Shown here in pieces: positions 39,577 to 49,195 of a stretch of DNA of 64,000 bases. A program made the position numbers and the translations under genes. The notes beneath the pieces were generated by a model. That model was not told where the DNA came from. It saw only the letters and a program-made list of their open reading frames with translations, and searched no databases. The DNA is taken from positions 64,001 to 128,000 of the forward strand of contig CAVYKI010000002.1 of the NCBI GenBank assembly GCA_963769025.1, given 5' to 3'. How positions within the stretch are numbered: the stretch's first letter is position 1; each line of letters opens with the position of its first letter. This DNA is from an uncultured Verrucomicrobiae bacterium (GTDB lineage Bacteria > Verrucomicrobiota > Verrucomicrobiia > Chthoniobacterales > Chthoniobacteraceae).

Positions 39577-40872
39577 TTAGGAGGCGGCAGGTTGTGCGAG
39601 GGGGAGTTTCTGGAAGGGATTGAGCCGCATTTTCCAGAGGGTAATAAATACGGCGATGGTGATGGCAATCTCCGTCGCGAGAAGTGCGATTGCTGCGCCG
39701 AGTTCCATGAGCCATGGGGTCAGCGCGAGGACGAGGATCACATCGAGTGCGGCTCCGGCCCCGACGATCCGGTTGTAGGAACGCTCGTGGCCGAGCGGGA
39801 ACATCCACCGGATTCCAAGCACGCCATTGAGCGCGGAGAACGGGCACACCAGCCCCAGCACGCGCAGGACCGGGATGGCACGCTCATAGCCGGGGCCGAA
39901 CAAAAGGTGGACCAGCCATGGCGCTCCGAGTGTGAGCGTCAGCCCGAGGAGCAGGCCTATTGCGCCGAGCGCGAGCGTGCCGCGCCGGACGGTGTTGCGC
40001 GCCTGATGGATGTCGTGTTTCACCAAGTGTGCGAGGTGCGGGTAGAGGACTTGGTTGATCGGGCCGGTAAAGGTGAGGAAACCGCGCATCAGCCGTTCGG
40101 GTCCGCCGTAGAAACTGACGACGGCCGGGGTGATCAGGATGCCGAGCATGAAGCCATTGGCCTTTGCATAGAGGGTGATGACTGCGACGAAGAGGAAGAA
40201 GTGCCATGCATCCCGCATCGTCCGTGCTGCGCGGGCGAGACTGCACATGGCAAAGCGGACGGTACGGTACATGAGGCGGAATCCTATTCCAAGCGACAGC
40301 GTGAAGCTGATGGCCTGGTAGAATATCACCTTGGTCGCATCCTCGGGGGCCTTGATCAGGAAAAAGACGCTGATGGTGAAGAGCAGCCGGCACGCGACTT
40401 CAACGGACGCGGCGAGGCGCATGCGCTGGATGCCTTGAAAGTACCACATGGGACTGAACCCCTGTGCGATGGCGATCCACATTGCACCGATAAGGATGAG
40501 GGGATTCTCCCGAAATGTCGGAACTCCCAGCCAGAACACGATGCCGGTCGCCAAGCCGAGGATGCTGAGGCCGACCTTGCAGGCCATTACGTCACTTACG
40601 ATTTTGCGCAGCTTTTCCGGATTGCCGGAATGGCGGGCGACCTCACGCGTGGCAGAATAGACAAATCCAAATTCCACGAGGATCGTGGGCCAGACCGCGA
40701 CGGCCTGGGCGAAGAGGACCATTCCCCACGCGTCGGGCCCGAGTACGCGCGCGAGGTACGGCACGGTGACCAGAGGGAGGAGCGAATTGGCAATCGTGAC
40801 TGCGTAAAGTGCGAAGGCATTTTGCGCGAGACTCCCGCGGCAGAGGGTGGAGATTTTTTGGAAAAGCGTCAC
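39577..40872 (-). CDS. wzx: Wzx-type polysaccharide flippase
   Basis: NSLLPLVTVPYLARVLGP, EFGF..SATREVA, WYFQGIQRM; about 12 TM segments. Confidence 0.88.
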   Translation of the reverse strand: MTLFQKISTLCRGSLAQNAFALYAVTIANSLLPLVTVPYLARVLGPDAWGMVLFAQAVAVWPTILVEFGFVYSATREVARHSGNPEKLRKIVSDVMACKVGLSILGLATGIVFWLGVPTFRENPLILIGAMWIAIAQGFSPMWYFQGIQRMRLAASVEVACRLLFTISVFFLIKAPEDATKVIFYQAISFTLSLGIGFRLMYRTVRFAMCSLARAARTMRDAWHFFLFVAVITLYAKANGFMLGILITPAVVSFYGGPERLMRGFLTFTGPINQVLYPHLAHLVKHDIHQARNTVRRGTLALGAIGLLLGLTLTLGAPWLVHLLFGPGYERAIPVLRVLGLVCPFSALNGVLGIRWMFPLGHERSYNRIVGAGAALDVILVLALTPWLMELGAAIALLATEIAITIAVFITLWKMRLNPFQKLPLAQPAAS

Positions 40873-41347
40873 TGCGCTTGCGGGTGATTTTCGATCCTGC
40901 CAAGAACCGCCGGCGAAGCACTGAACGTCAGGCGCTTGCGGGATGTTCCGCTTTGAGTGCCGCGTGGGAGGGACATGACTTCGAGAGCGGAATTTGGGCG
41001 ATCCGAGTTGGGAGCTTGGTCACTATCCCCATCTGGATACAGGGTCAATGGCGGTTTGAAGCCGGAGTTCCGTGAAGGTTCCCGTCGTCGGCGTTTTGGA
41101 TGGCGGACGATCCTCAATGTCTCACGGGAGAGCGGTGAGAGCGCTGTGAAACACCCCGTACCTTTCCCGACAGTACTCACGTGAGGTTTTATCAATTTTG
41201 CGCCAATCCATGAGTTCTGAAACTCGTTGGAAATGCTCCGAACTCGGTCACACAAAAGGCTTGATGTTCTAAATGATGGCTCGTTGACTGGCGTCTCCCT
41301 CTACGCCCGCTGTCGCTACACCGGGCCTCTCCCGTCCAAAAATTATT

Positions 41348-42826
41348 ATGAGTCGTCTGACCGATGAACTGTTGGAGTTATCGCGTGCCCGCCAAACGAC
41401 GGATACCGCCGAGGTCAATCGCGCAATCGCGTGGCGCTTCCGGTTTCTCAGTGTGCTGGGTGACGCCGCGATCATCGTCGCGGCCTTGCTCTTCGCGTTT
41501 TGGGTGCGGTTCCGGACCGATTTCCTCAGTGGCGGCACGGTCAGCCCCCACGTACCTTTTCAAGGCTATCTGGTATTCGTCGGCATCGGGGCGTTGGTGC
41601 TCTTGTTGTTGCTCGCACATTACGGAATGTATCAGGCAGCCCAGCTCCTTCGCTACCGGCAGGTTTCTTTTTTGATCATCAAGGGGTGCTTCCTATGGTT
41701 CGTCGGTGTGCTTTTTGTCACCAGGGTGCTGAATGCCCCGCTCTCGCTTCCGGTGACATATGTGGGCCTCTCCTCCGCCTGTTTGCTGGTGTCCCTGCTG
41801 GCTTGGCGGGCAGTCCTCCACCGCATCTCTGCGATGGACGCATTTTCCAGGCATCTCCGCGAACGGATTCTCTTCGTCGGCTGGAACGACATGGCAGAAC
41901 GACTCACGAAATACGTGATGAGCGACCCATCTCATGCCTACGCCGTGGTGGGATGCATTCCGCCGGTCAGCGGAAACTACGAGAAGCAGCCCCCCGCTGA
42001 AATCCCGCACATCGCGGCCTTCCAGGATATCGTCAATATGCTCCGGTCGAAGTGCATCGACATCGTCTTGTTGGCCGACCGGACCGCGTCGATGACTGAA
42101 ATCGATGAGCTGGCGGCCATTTGCGAAAAGGAGCTCGTGCAGCTGAAAGTGATCCCGTCGTACTTCCAGATATTGGTAACCGGGCTCAGCCTGCAGACGA
42201 TCAGTGGCGTTCCCATCCTCGGCATCTCGCAATTGCCGCTGGATCGCCCCGTGAATCAAATCCTCAAGCGAATCGTGGACATCGTCGGCTCGATCGTCGG
42301 CCTGATCCTCTCGGCGCCCATCATCGCGGTATTTGGGACATTGGTGTATCTGGAATCGCCCGGACCGATATTTTACCGGCAGCCCCGGGTAAGGCGGGGA
42401 GGGATCCCGTTTGGCATGTTCAAAATTCGCAGCATGCGGCTGGATGCGGACAAGAGTGACAACCTCCAGCAGTCCACGCCAAAGGATGATCCGCGATTGC
42501 TGAAAGTTGGCGGGTTCATGCGCCGTTGGAACATCGACGAGACCCCGCAGTTCTGGAACGTGCTCAAGGGCGAGATGAGCCTCGTCGGACCGCGTCCCGA
42601 GCGGCTCTACCATTCGGAGAAACTGAGCGATGAGATCCCGCACTACAGCGCCCGCTATTGGAGCAAGCCGGGGATGACGGGGTGGGCGGCGGTGAACGGA
42701 CTTCGCGGGGAAAGCGACTTGGTCGAGCGTATCCGGTGCGATTTGTATTACCTCGAAAACTGGAATCTTTGGCTCGATTTCCAGATCATGTTCCTCACAT
42801 TCCTCCGCCGGAAAGGCGCGGCCTGA
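41348..42826 (+). CDS. Undecaprenyl-phosphate sugar phosphotransferase (WcaJ/WbaP family)
   Basis: N-terminal TM helices; KRIVDI, SPGPIFYRQ.R, FKIRSM, DETPQFWNVLKGEMSLVGPRPE, KPGMTGWA, DLYYLENW. Confidence 0.94.
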   Translation: MSRLTDELLELSRARQTTDTAEVNRAIAWRFRFLSVLGDAAIIVAALLFAFWVRFRTDFLSGGTVSPHVPFQGYLVFVGIGALVLLLLLAHYGMYQAAQLLRYRQVSFLIIKGCFLWFVGVLFVTRVLNAPLSLPVTYVGLSSACLLVSLLAWRAVLHRISAMDAFSRHLRERILFVGWNDMAERLTKYVMSDPSHAYAVVGCIPPVSGNYEKQPPAEIPHIAAFQDIVNMLRSKCIDIVLLADRTASMTEIDELAAICEKELVQLKVIPSYFQILVTGLSLQTISGVPILGISQLPLDRPVNQILKRIVDIVGSIVGLILSAPIIAVFGTLVYLESPGPIFYRQPRVRRGGIPFGMFKIRSMRLDADKSDNLQQSTPKDDPRLLKVGGFMRRWNIDETPQFWNVLKGEMSLVGPRPERLYHSEKLSDEIPHYSARYWSKPGMTGWAAVNGLRGESDLVERIRCDLYYLENWNLWLDFQIMFLTFLRRKGAA

Positions 42827-42985
42827 GCGGATCGTGATACCGGCTTTTTCCGTCGCCGAAGCGGAGGTTGACATGCGGGCTCCGCTTTCCGTATTGAAAG
42901 CCGTGTTAATCCGCTGGAAAGCCCGATTCCCCTCCAGTGTGTCCCTGCGTCGGCCGTACTCACTGACAGGGCACGCAGTCGTCGC

Positions 42986-45070
42986 ATGAAGCCCAACAGC
43001 AACCAATCACCCGAGGGAGACGCGGAGCAATATGCGGACTTCGATCTGCAGTCACTTTATGAGGCCGTGCGGCGGAGAATATGGCGGATTGCTGCCTGCA
43101 GCCTCGCCGGACTGCTAGTCGGCGGCGTGTGGGCCGCCATGCGCCCGGATGTCTTTGAGGCCACCGCGACTGTACGCGTGGAGGAGCAGAATCCCTCCGT
43201 CATCGCCATTCAGGAAATCAACAAAGAGGATTTCCGGCAGCCTGAGGACTTGAAGACAGTCGAGCAGCAGTTGCTGACTGACGATCTGATCTGGCGGGTG
43301 ATCCGGAAGATCAAGCTCGACGTGACCCCGGGGTACTTCAAACCGGGTCTGCGTCACCGGCTAACGGGGCAGCCGGTCTCAAAGGCTAATATGATCGATG
43401 CGATCCGGAACAGCTTCAGCGTGAGATTGCGAAAGGGAACCCGGCTGATCGACATCACCATCCAGCAAGGAAAACCGGAAATGGCGCAGGCCCTCGTGCG
43501 TTCCTTGATCGATGAGTACGTGAGCCAGATCGCCGAGTGGCGCCTGAACCCGTCCAAGGAAGCGACCAAAATCCTCGTGGACGAATCCGAACGCCTCAAG
43601 CGCAAGCTGGAAGAGGCCGAGCAGGCCCTGCAGGATTACCGGGAAAAGAACCACGCCGTTTCGCTCGAAGACAAACAGAACATCGTCGTCGAGCGCCTGA
43701 AGGACCTGAACATGCGCGTGGCGAAGGCGCAAAACGACACCCTCGCGCTGGAGTCCGATCTCGCGCAACTCGACAAAATCGGGCGCCAGCCGGAGAAGTT
43801 GCTCGCGATCGGAAGCATCGCCAATGCGCAGTCCGTCCTGGATGTGCAGCGCGTTCTTACGGAGAAGGAGTCGGCATTTGCGGTGCTCCGGCAGCGCTAC
43901 GGGCCGGAAAACCCCCTTTACACGCAGGCCGAACGGCAAGTGCAGCAGGTCCGCGCAACTTTCGAGGTCACGGTCCAGAATGCGGCCGACTCGCTCCGTG
44001 CGAAGCATGAGGCGGCGAAGTTCGCCCAGCAGATGTCGGAGAAGATGTTGCTCGAACAGGAAAAGCAGGCTCTCGACCTGAACAAGAAGGCGACCCAGTA
44101 CGACGTGCTCAGCCGCGAGGTCGAATCTGATCGTGCGCTCTTCGCGGCGGTCCTCAAGCGGCTCAAGGAGACCGGCGTCATTCAGAACACCGGCCAGACC
44201 AATCTTCGCGTCGTGGATCCTCCGATGCTGCCCGAGTCACCAAAATGGCGGACGAAACTGCTCATCGTCGCATTTGGAATGTTCGGGGGCGTTGCGTTGG
44301 GATTTGGCGGTGTCGTTGGCGCGTACGTCGTCCGGCCCACGTTGCAGTTGTTGGATCAGGGCGAACGCATGCTGGGACTCCCGGGTCTGGGCGCGATTCC
44401 ATACGCGTCCGGGTTGAAAGGCGACGCCAGCCAGGTTCCGTGCGTCAAGCATCCGCGCTCGCAGGCGGCCGAGGCATTTCGATTCCTCGTCGCCTCCGCA
44501 TCGGCGGCGCTCGGCGGGGCAGGGAAGGGGAGCTTCCTGTTTACCGGCGCGGCGAAGGGCGATGGCAACACCTCGTGCGCCGCATCGTATGCCGTCGCAC
44601 TCGCCCAGAGTGGCGTGCGCACGCTTTTGATCGATGCCGATCTGAGGAACCCCGTGATCGGCAGGCTGTTTTCCATCCCGAAGGAAACCAGCGGACTTGC
44701 AGAATGCCTCGCAGGTCGCAGTACGCTGGAGGCGTGCGTCGTCCCAACAAAGGTGGAGAACCTTTTCGTGCTCGTCGCGGGAGCCGCGCCGCCTGATGTT
44801 TCCGCGCTCTTTTCGCCCACGGCGCTTGGATCCCTGCTCGGCAAGGCGGCGGAAGAATACGGACAGGTCGTCATCGACTCGGCGCCCGTCAACGTCGCGA
44901 GTGAGACATTGTCCATCGCCCGTCACGCGAGCGCGGCCTGCATCGTCGTCCGTTCCGGAAGGACGGCAATCCGTGCGGCTTCCCGCGCGGCCCGGTTGCT
45001 TGGCCAGGCGGGGCGCAAGCCGGTCGGATTCATCCTGAATTCCGTCCCACGTCGGACGCTGGCGCAGTAG
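42986..45070 (+). CDS. Wzc/GumC polysaccharide co-polymerase with degenerate tyrosine-kinase domain
   Basis: Two TM helices flanking a coiled coil; AEAFR, LLIDADLR.P, VVIDSAPV. Walker A reads GDGNT and there is no C-terminal Tyr cluster. Confidence 0.88.
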   Translation: MKPNSNQSPEGDAEQYADFDLQSLYEAVRRRIWRIAACSLAGLLVGGVWAAMRPDVFEATATVRVEEQNPSVIAIQEINKEDFRQPEDLKTVEQQLLTDDLIWRVIRKIKLDVTPGYFKPGLRHRLTGQPVSKANMIDAIRNSFSVRLRKGTRLIDITIQQGKPEMAQALVRSLIDEYVSQIAEWRLNPSKEATKILVDESERLKRKLEEAEQALQDYREKNHAVSLEDKQNIVVERLKDLNMRVAKAQNDTLALESDLAQLDKIGRQPEKLLAIGSIANAQSVLDVQRVLTEKESAFAVLRQRYGPENPLYTQAERQVQQVRATFEVTVQNAADSLRAKHEAAKFAQQMSEKMLLEQEKQALDLNKKATQYDVLSREVESDRALFAAVLKRLKETGVIQNTGQTNLRVVDPPMLPESPKWRTKLLIVAFGMFGGVALGFGGVVGAYVVRPTLQLLDQGERMLGLPGLGAIPYASGLKGDASQVPCVKHPRSQAAEAFRFLVASASAALGGAGKGSFLFTGAAKGDGNTSCAASYAVALAQSGVRTLLIDADLRNPVIGRLFSIPKETSGLAECLAGRSTLEACVVPTKVENLFVLVAGAAPPDVSALFSPTALGSLLGKAAEEYGQVVIDSAPVNVASETLSIARHASAACIVVRSGRTAIRAASRAARLLGQAGRKPVGFILNSVPRRTLAQ

Positions 45071-45102
45071 CCCGTCAGCGAGGAGTTCCTCGTGCGGCAG
45101 GG

Positions 45103-45750
45103 TCAGAACAGGCGTTCGGTGACGGTAATCACATCACCGGGGATGACCATGAAGCCGGGGGTGCCGGACTCCGTGGCGAGCTTTCGCAGGTCCACTTTGT
45201 AAACTTTGGCCCCGCGTTTCACCAAGACCTCCGACTGACGCGCGAGCCGCGTGTAGCCGCCTCCGAGTGCGATCGCATCCAGCAGCCCCAACCGCGGCTG
45301 CTGGCCGCGGGGAAATGCATAGCGGCCCGGCTGCGTCACCTGCCCGAGCAGCACGAAGGTCTGGCCGGAATATTCGGCCACCAAGACCTGCACCTTGGGA
45401 TTGACGAGGACTTGGTTCTCCTTTGCGTAAGCCGTGATCTTGCCGGCCAATGCGGAAACGGTCATCCCCGCGGCCTGCATCTCCGAGCGCCCGCCGTGAG
45501 TCAGGTAGGCGAGGCTGATCCGCCCGTCCCAGTCCACCCGGACCTGCTGGTTGTAATCCGGCTCGCCCGCAAAGGTGAGCGTCAGGAGATCGCCCGGCTG
45601 AAGTTTGTATTGCGAACTGCGGACGGGAGGCTGCGCGACGGGCAATCCCGGCTCCTCGGCATGGCGTGACGAACATCCCACGGCCATCAAAGCAACGCAT
45701 GCGAGCAGCGCGCTGCGAATGAAGTATTGAATCGTTCCCACGAAGCCCAC
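45103..45750 (-). CDS. Polysaccharide export lipoprotein (Wza/Poly_export + SLBB)
   Basis: Lipobox AVGC; YKLQPGDLL, RVDWDGRISL, LGQVTQPGRY, AIALGGG.T.LA, PGDVITV. Confidence 0.88.
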   Translation of the reverse strand: MGFVGTIQYFIRSALLACVALMAVGCSSRHAEEPGLPVAQPPVRSSQYKLQPGDLLTLTFAGEPDYNQQVRVDWDGRISLAYLTHGGRSEMQAAGMTVSALAGKITAYAKENQVLVNPKVQVLVAEYSGQTFVLLGQVTQPGRYAFPRGQQPRLGLLDAIALGGGYTRLARQSEVLVKRGAKVYKVDLRKLATESGTPGFMVIPGDVITVTERLF

Positions 45751-45860
45751 TGGTTGCGAGCGTCCGCTGGGGTGTCAAACCAAAAGGCTCGGTACTCCAA
45801 GGGCTTGCTTGCGGCGGGGGTGCCGGCTCCCACTCAGCAGTTGACTCCAGATGGCGGAGA

Positions 45861-47414
45861 TTGAATGAAGCCCCGGTGCCGTTTCGATCCAAGGCCGGTC
45901 CTCCCGATTGCATCGCCAGTCTGATGCTGGCGCTCGGCTCCATCACGTTCGCATCGGCACAGACCGCCCCGGCATTCCGTTCCGGCGCGCAGCTTCAGCT
46001 CATCGAATCGAGCGGCGCGGAGACGGTCCCGCCCGCCGGTACGCAGAGCGAATTGTTCGGCAACGTGCCCGCATTCCGGACGGATGTGAACCGGATGCCC
46101 AAGGTCCCCCGCACCGTTCAGCCAATGCCGGGCACCGTGCAGCCGCTCCCCGCCCCCGAGGTATCAGTCCAGGTGAAGGGCGCGGCGGCGGCGCGGGCGG
46201 CGGCCGGGACATCGGCGCGGGCGAGGGAAACGCCCATCGCCTTTCAACGCCACCCGAGCCGCAACCTCGTTTCTCCCGATGACGATGCTGCCTTCACGTT
46301 TCGCACGACGACCGCTGCCGGAGTGCTGGGCCAGATCCGAGTGGGAGTCCAGACCGACGTCTTGCACACGGATAACCTCAGCAACACGGCGCGCAACCGC
46401 GCCATCGACGAAGTCGTCATGGACTTGAGGCCCATCATAAAGCTCAACCTCGGCAGCCTGCCCGCAGGTTCGGCGGATGAGACCCCGCGCAGCGAATATT
46501 ACCTCGAGCTCCTTTACACACCCACCCAGCAAACGCTGGTGGACCGCGGAACATCGAGGATGCTGCAACGCCTCTCAGGCGAAGTCGGACGGGCCAGCCC
46601 CGTATTCCTGTCGGCGGTGAGGTTCGAGTACGACGAAAACATTTCCTCCATCAGCGGAGACGGCACGGTCGAGGACGTTGGCACGCTGACGGAAATTTCC
46701 CCGGTGTTCGAATACAGCCTCAGCGCCAAGACCACGCTCCATCTCAGGGCGATCGGGCGCCGTATCGCTTCGCAGGGATCGAGCACCAACCGCACGGATT
46801 ACATTTTCCAGACTGGAATGGCCGTCGAGCAGACCGCCAAGACCACGATTGGCGCGGGATTGGAATTCGGCCACATCCCCTTTGATCAGGCGCAGTTTGG
46901 CGAGCAGAACTACCAGCAAGCCTACGCCTCCATGGTGTGGAAAGCGTCGCCGAAACTGCGCTTCCAGACCCGCGCCGGGGTCGAGTTGCGGGAGTTCGAC
47001 CGCCCGCTGCCAAAGGCCGCCCGCGTCACGCCGGTCGCGAGCATGGTGGTCAACTGGACCCCAAATCCGGGCACGCTGATCAACGCCGGCTTCCGCGTGC
47101 GCAACGAGCCATCCGTCTCCAAGGTCGGCGCGACCTTTCAGGAGATCCGTTTCGGGACTGATGCCACGTATCGCGTCGGCCAGAATTGGTATGTCAAAGG
47201 CGAGGCGGCGCTGATCCAGCGCAACTACGACTCCGGGACGAAGGAACTTGAATCCTACGTCCGTCCGGCATTTGGCTTTCGCAGCGAAAAGGGCCGGCTT
47301 TTCGACAGCCTGAATGTCGAAATCTACTATCAGTTCAGGCGTCTGGATTCGAACCAGCGCGGGGCGGATCGGGACAGGAATCTGTTCGGGATCGAATCGA
47401 CGCTGTATTTTTGA
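45861..47414 (+). CDS. Outer-membrane beta-barrel protein associated with EPS export (start uncertain; ATG 45924 possible)
   Basis: Signal-like segment, low-complexity linker, alternating beta-strand pattern, C-terminal ...STLYF; divergent from the wza-like gene. Confidence 0.68.
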   Translation: MNEAPVPFRSKAGPPDCIASLMLALGSITFASAQTAPAFRSGAQLQLIESSGAETVPPAGTQSELFGNVPAFRTDVNRMPKVPRTVQPMPGTVQPLPAPEVSVQVKGAAAARAAAGTSARARETPIAFQRHPSRNLVSPDDDAAFTFRTTTAAGVLGQIRVGVQTDVLHTDNLSNTARNRAIDEVVMDLRPIIKLNLGSLPAGSADETPRSEYYLELLYTPTQQTLVDRGTSRMLQRLSGEVGRASPVFLSAVRFEYDENISSISGDGTVEDVGTLTEISPVFEYSLSAKTTLHLRAIGRRIASQGSSTNRTDYIFQTGMAVEQTAKTTIGAGLEFGHIPFDQAQFGEQNYQQAYASMVWKASPKLRFQTRAGVELREFDRPLPKAARVTPVASMVVNWTPNPGTLINAGFRVRNEPSVSKVGATFQEIRFGTDATYRVGQNWYVKGEAALIQRNYDSGTKELESYVRPAFGFRSEKGRLFDSLNVEIYYQFRRLDSNQRGADRDRNLFGIESTLYF

Positions 47415-47442
47415 TTCGCGGCACCACGCCCGCGCGGGCCGC

Positions 47443-49156
47443 TCATTCCGAACTGAGTTTTGTGAGCTGCGTGCCGAGGTCGTTTAGCTGGCGCGCGGCC
47501 TGCGCCGTTCCCTGAATCGCCAGCAGTGCCTGCCGCGCGACATGGTCGATGTTTTTCATCGCGTCATTGATGTGCATCATCCCGCCGGCTTCCTGCTCGG
47601 CGGACCCGACGATTTGCGCGGACGTCTGAGCGACTTCCGAAAGTGCCACTGCCAGTTCGTTGATGGTCTTGCTGCTCTGGTCGCCCACTGCGATGGCGCC
47701 GGACACGCCCGTGGTCACTCCTTCCATCGATGCGACCGCGGCGCTGGTGGCCTTCAGGATTTGGCCGAGGATCTGCCGGACTTGTGCGGTGCCGTTTCGG
47801 GATTGTTCGGCCATGGCCTTGATCTCCCTGGCGATGACGGTGAACTCCTTTCCGCCCTCGCCCGCCTTTGCGGCTTCGATGGCGGCATTCACGGCCAGCA
47901 AGTGAGATTGCCGCGCGATGTCGTCCACGGTGGTGATGATGTCGGAGATGGCCTTCGTCTGCTGCACGAGCGCCATCATGTTCCGCGCCGTGTGCTCGAC
48001 CTGCTGCTTCACGCCGTTGAGCGCGGAAACGGATTCATCCACGGCCTTGCGTCCGGCGTTTCCGATTTCGATCGTCCGCTGGACGGTCTTGCCAACGCCT
48101 GCCGCGCGCATGGCCGCATCGCGCGCCGTCTGCGTGACTTCCTCCACGGTCGCGACGACACGGGTGACTGCCGCGGCCTGCTTCTCGGCGCCGGCGGCCT
48201 GTTCCCGCGTGCTGTCGAGCAACTGCGCGCTCGTGCCGCCGAGCTGGCTGACTGCGGCGCGGGTGCTGCCGAGGATTTCATCCAGCCGTGCACGCGACCG
48301 CTTTTCCGCGATCAGCGTTTCGTCGAGGCGCGCGCGCGACTGGGTTTCCGTCTGGATGGTGCTGCGCAGCGTGCCGACCATGCGCCAGAAGTCGCGGGCG
48401 AGCTGGCCGACTTCACCGCCGCTGTCGAGGACCGCCGTGAGCCTTTTCTCGGCTTCGGTGTCGTCCACTTTGTCGGCGATGCGCGAGGCCGTATCGGTAA
48501 GGACGCTGATGGGCCCGGCAATCGTGCGCACGATGAAAAAGCCAAAGATGCCGACGATGAGCGCGACCAGAATCGTCACGAGGATCGATGTCCGGACGAC
48601 CCGGTTAAAGTGCGCATCGGCCTCGCGGTACGCTGCGCGAGCACTCGTCGATTTTCGCTTTTTGCCAGGTGTCGAGTTGGGCGATGACTGCATCAAACTG
48701 TGCGCGTCCCGCGCCGACGGCGTTGATGAACGCCTCCTCGCGAAATCCATTGATGGCGCGGTCGATGGTGAAGTCCTTGAGCTTCTTGTAGCGCTCCCAC
48801 TCCGCCTGCAGTTTCTCAAATTCAATGCGCTCGGGCGTCGTCCCGCGATCACTTTGCCATCCTCGGAAGGCTTCGTCGATTTCGCGGCTCTTCTCCTTCT
48901 GCGCCGAGTTCAGCATCTCCCGGGCTTCACTGTCGGGAGCCAGCACGATCGAGAGCGCCGACTCGCGCACCCGATGCACCGGGTCGCTGATCTCCTTGCT
49001 GCTCCGTTGGAAGTCCTGCGCCGTGGCGTCCACTGCCTTGACCCATTCGAAAGTCGAACGGGTATTCGAGATGCCGTAGAGCGCCATGCCGACAAACGTG
49101 ATGATCGCAATGGCCACCAGGCAAAGCAGCTTGCGGGAGATGCTCCAATTGTTCAT
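47443..49156 (-). CDS. Methyl-accepting chemotaxis protein (4-helix sensor, HAMP), frameshift near 48640
   Basis: N-terminal TM and periplasmic helices in ORF 48605..49156; second TM, HAMP and QSHLLAVNAAIEAAKAGE hairpin in ORF ending 47443. Confidence 0.88.
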
Positions 49157-49195
49157 CGGTGATTCGAGTCGGAGAAATTCGGGTGGCTGGGCATT

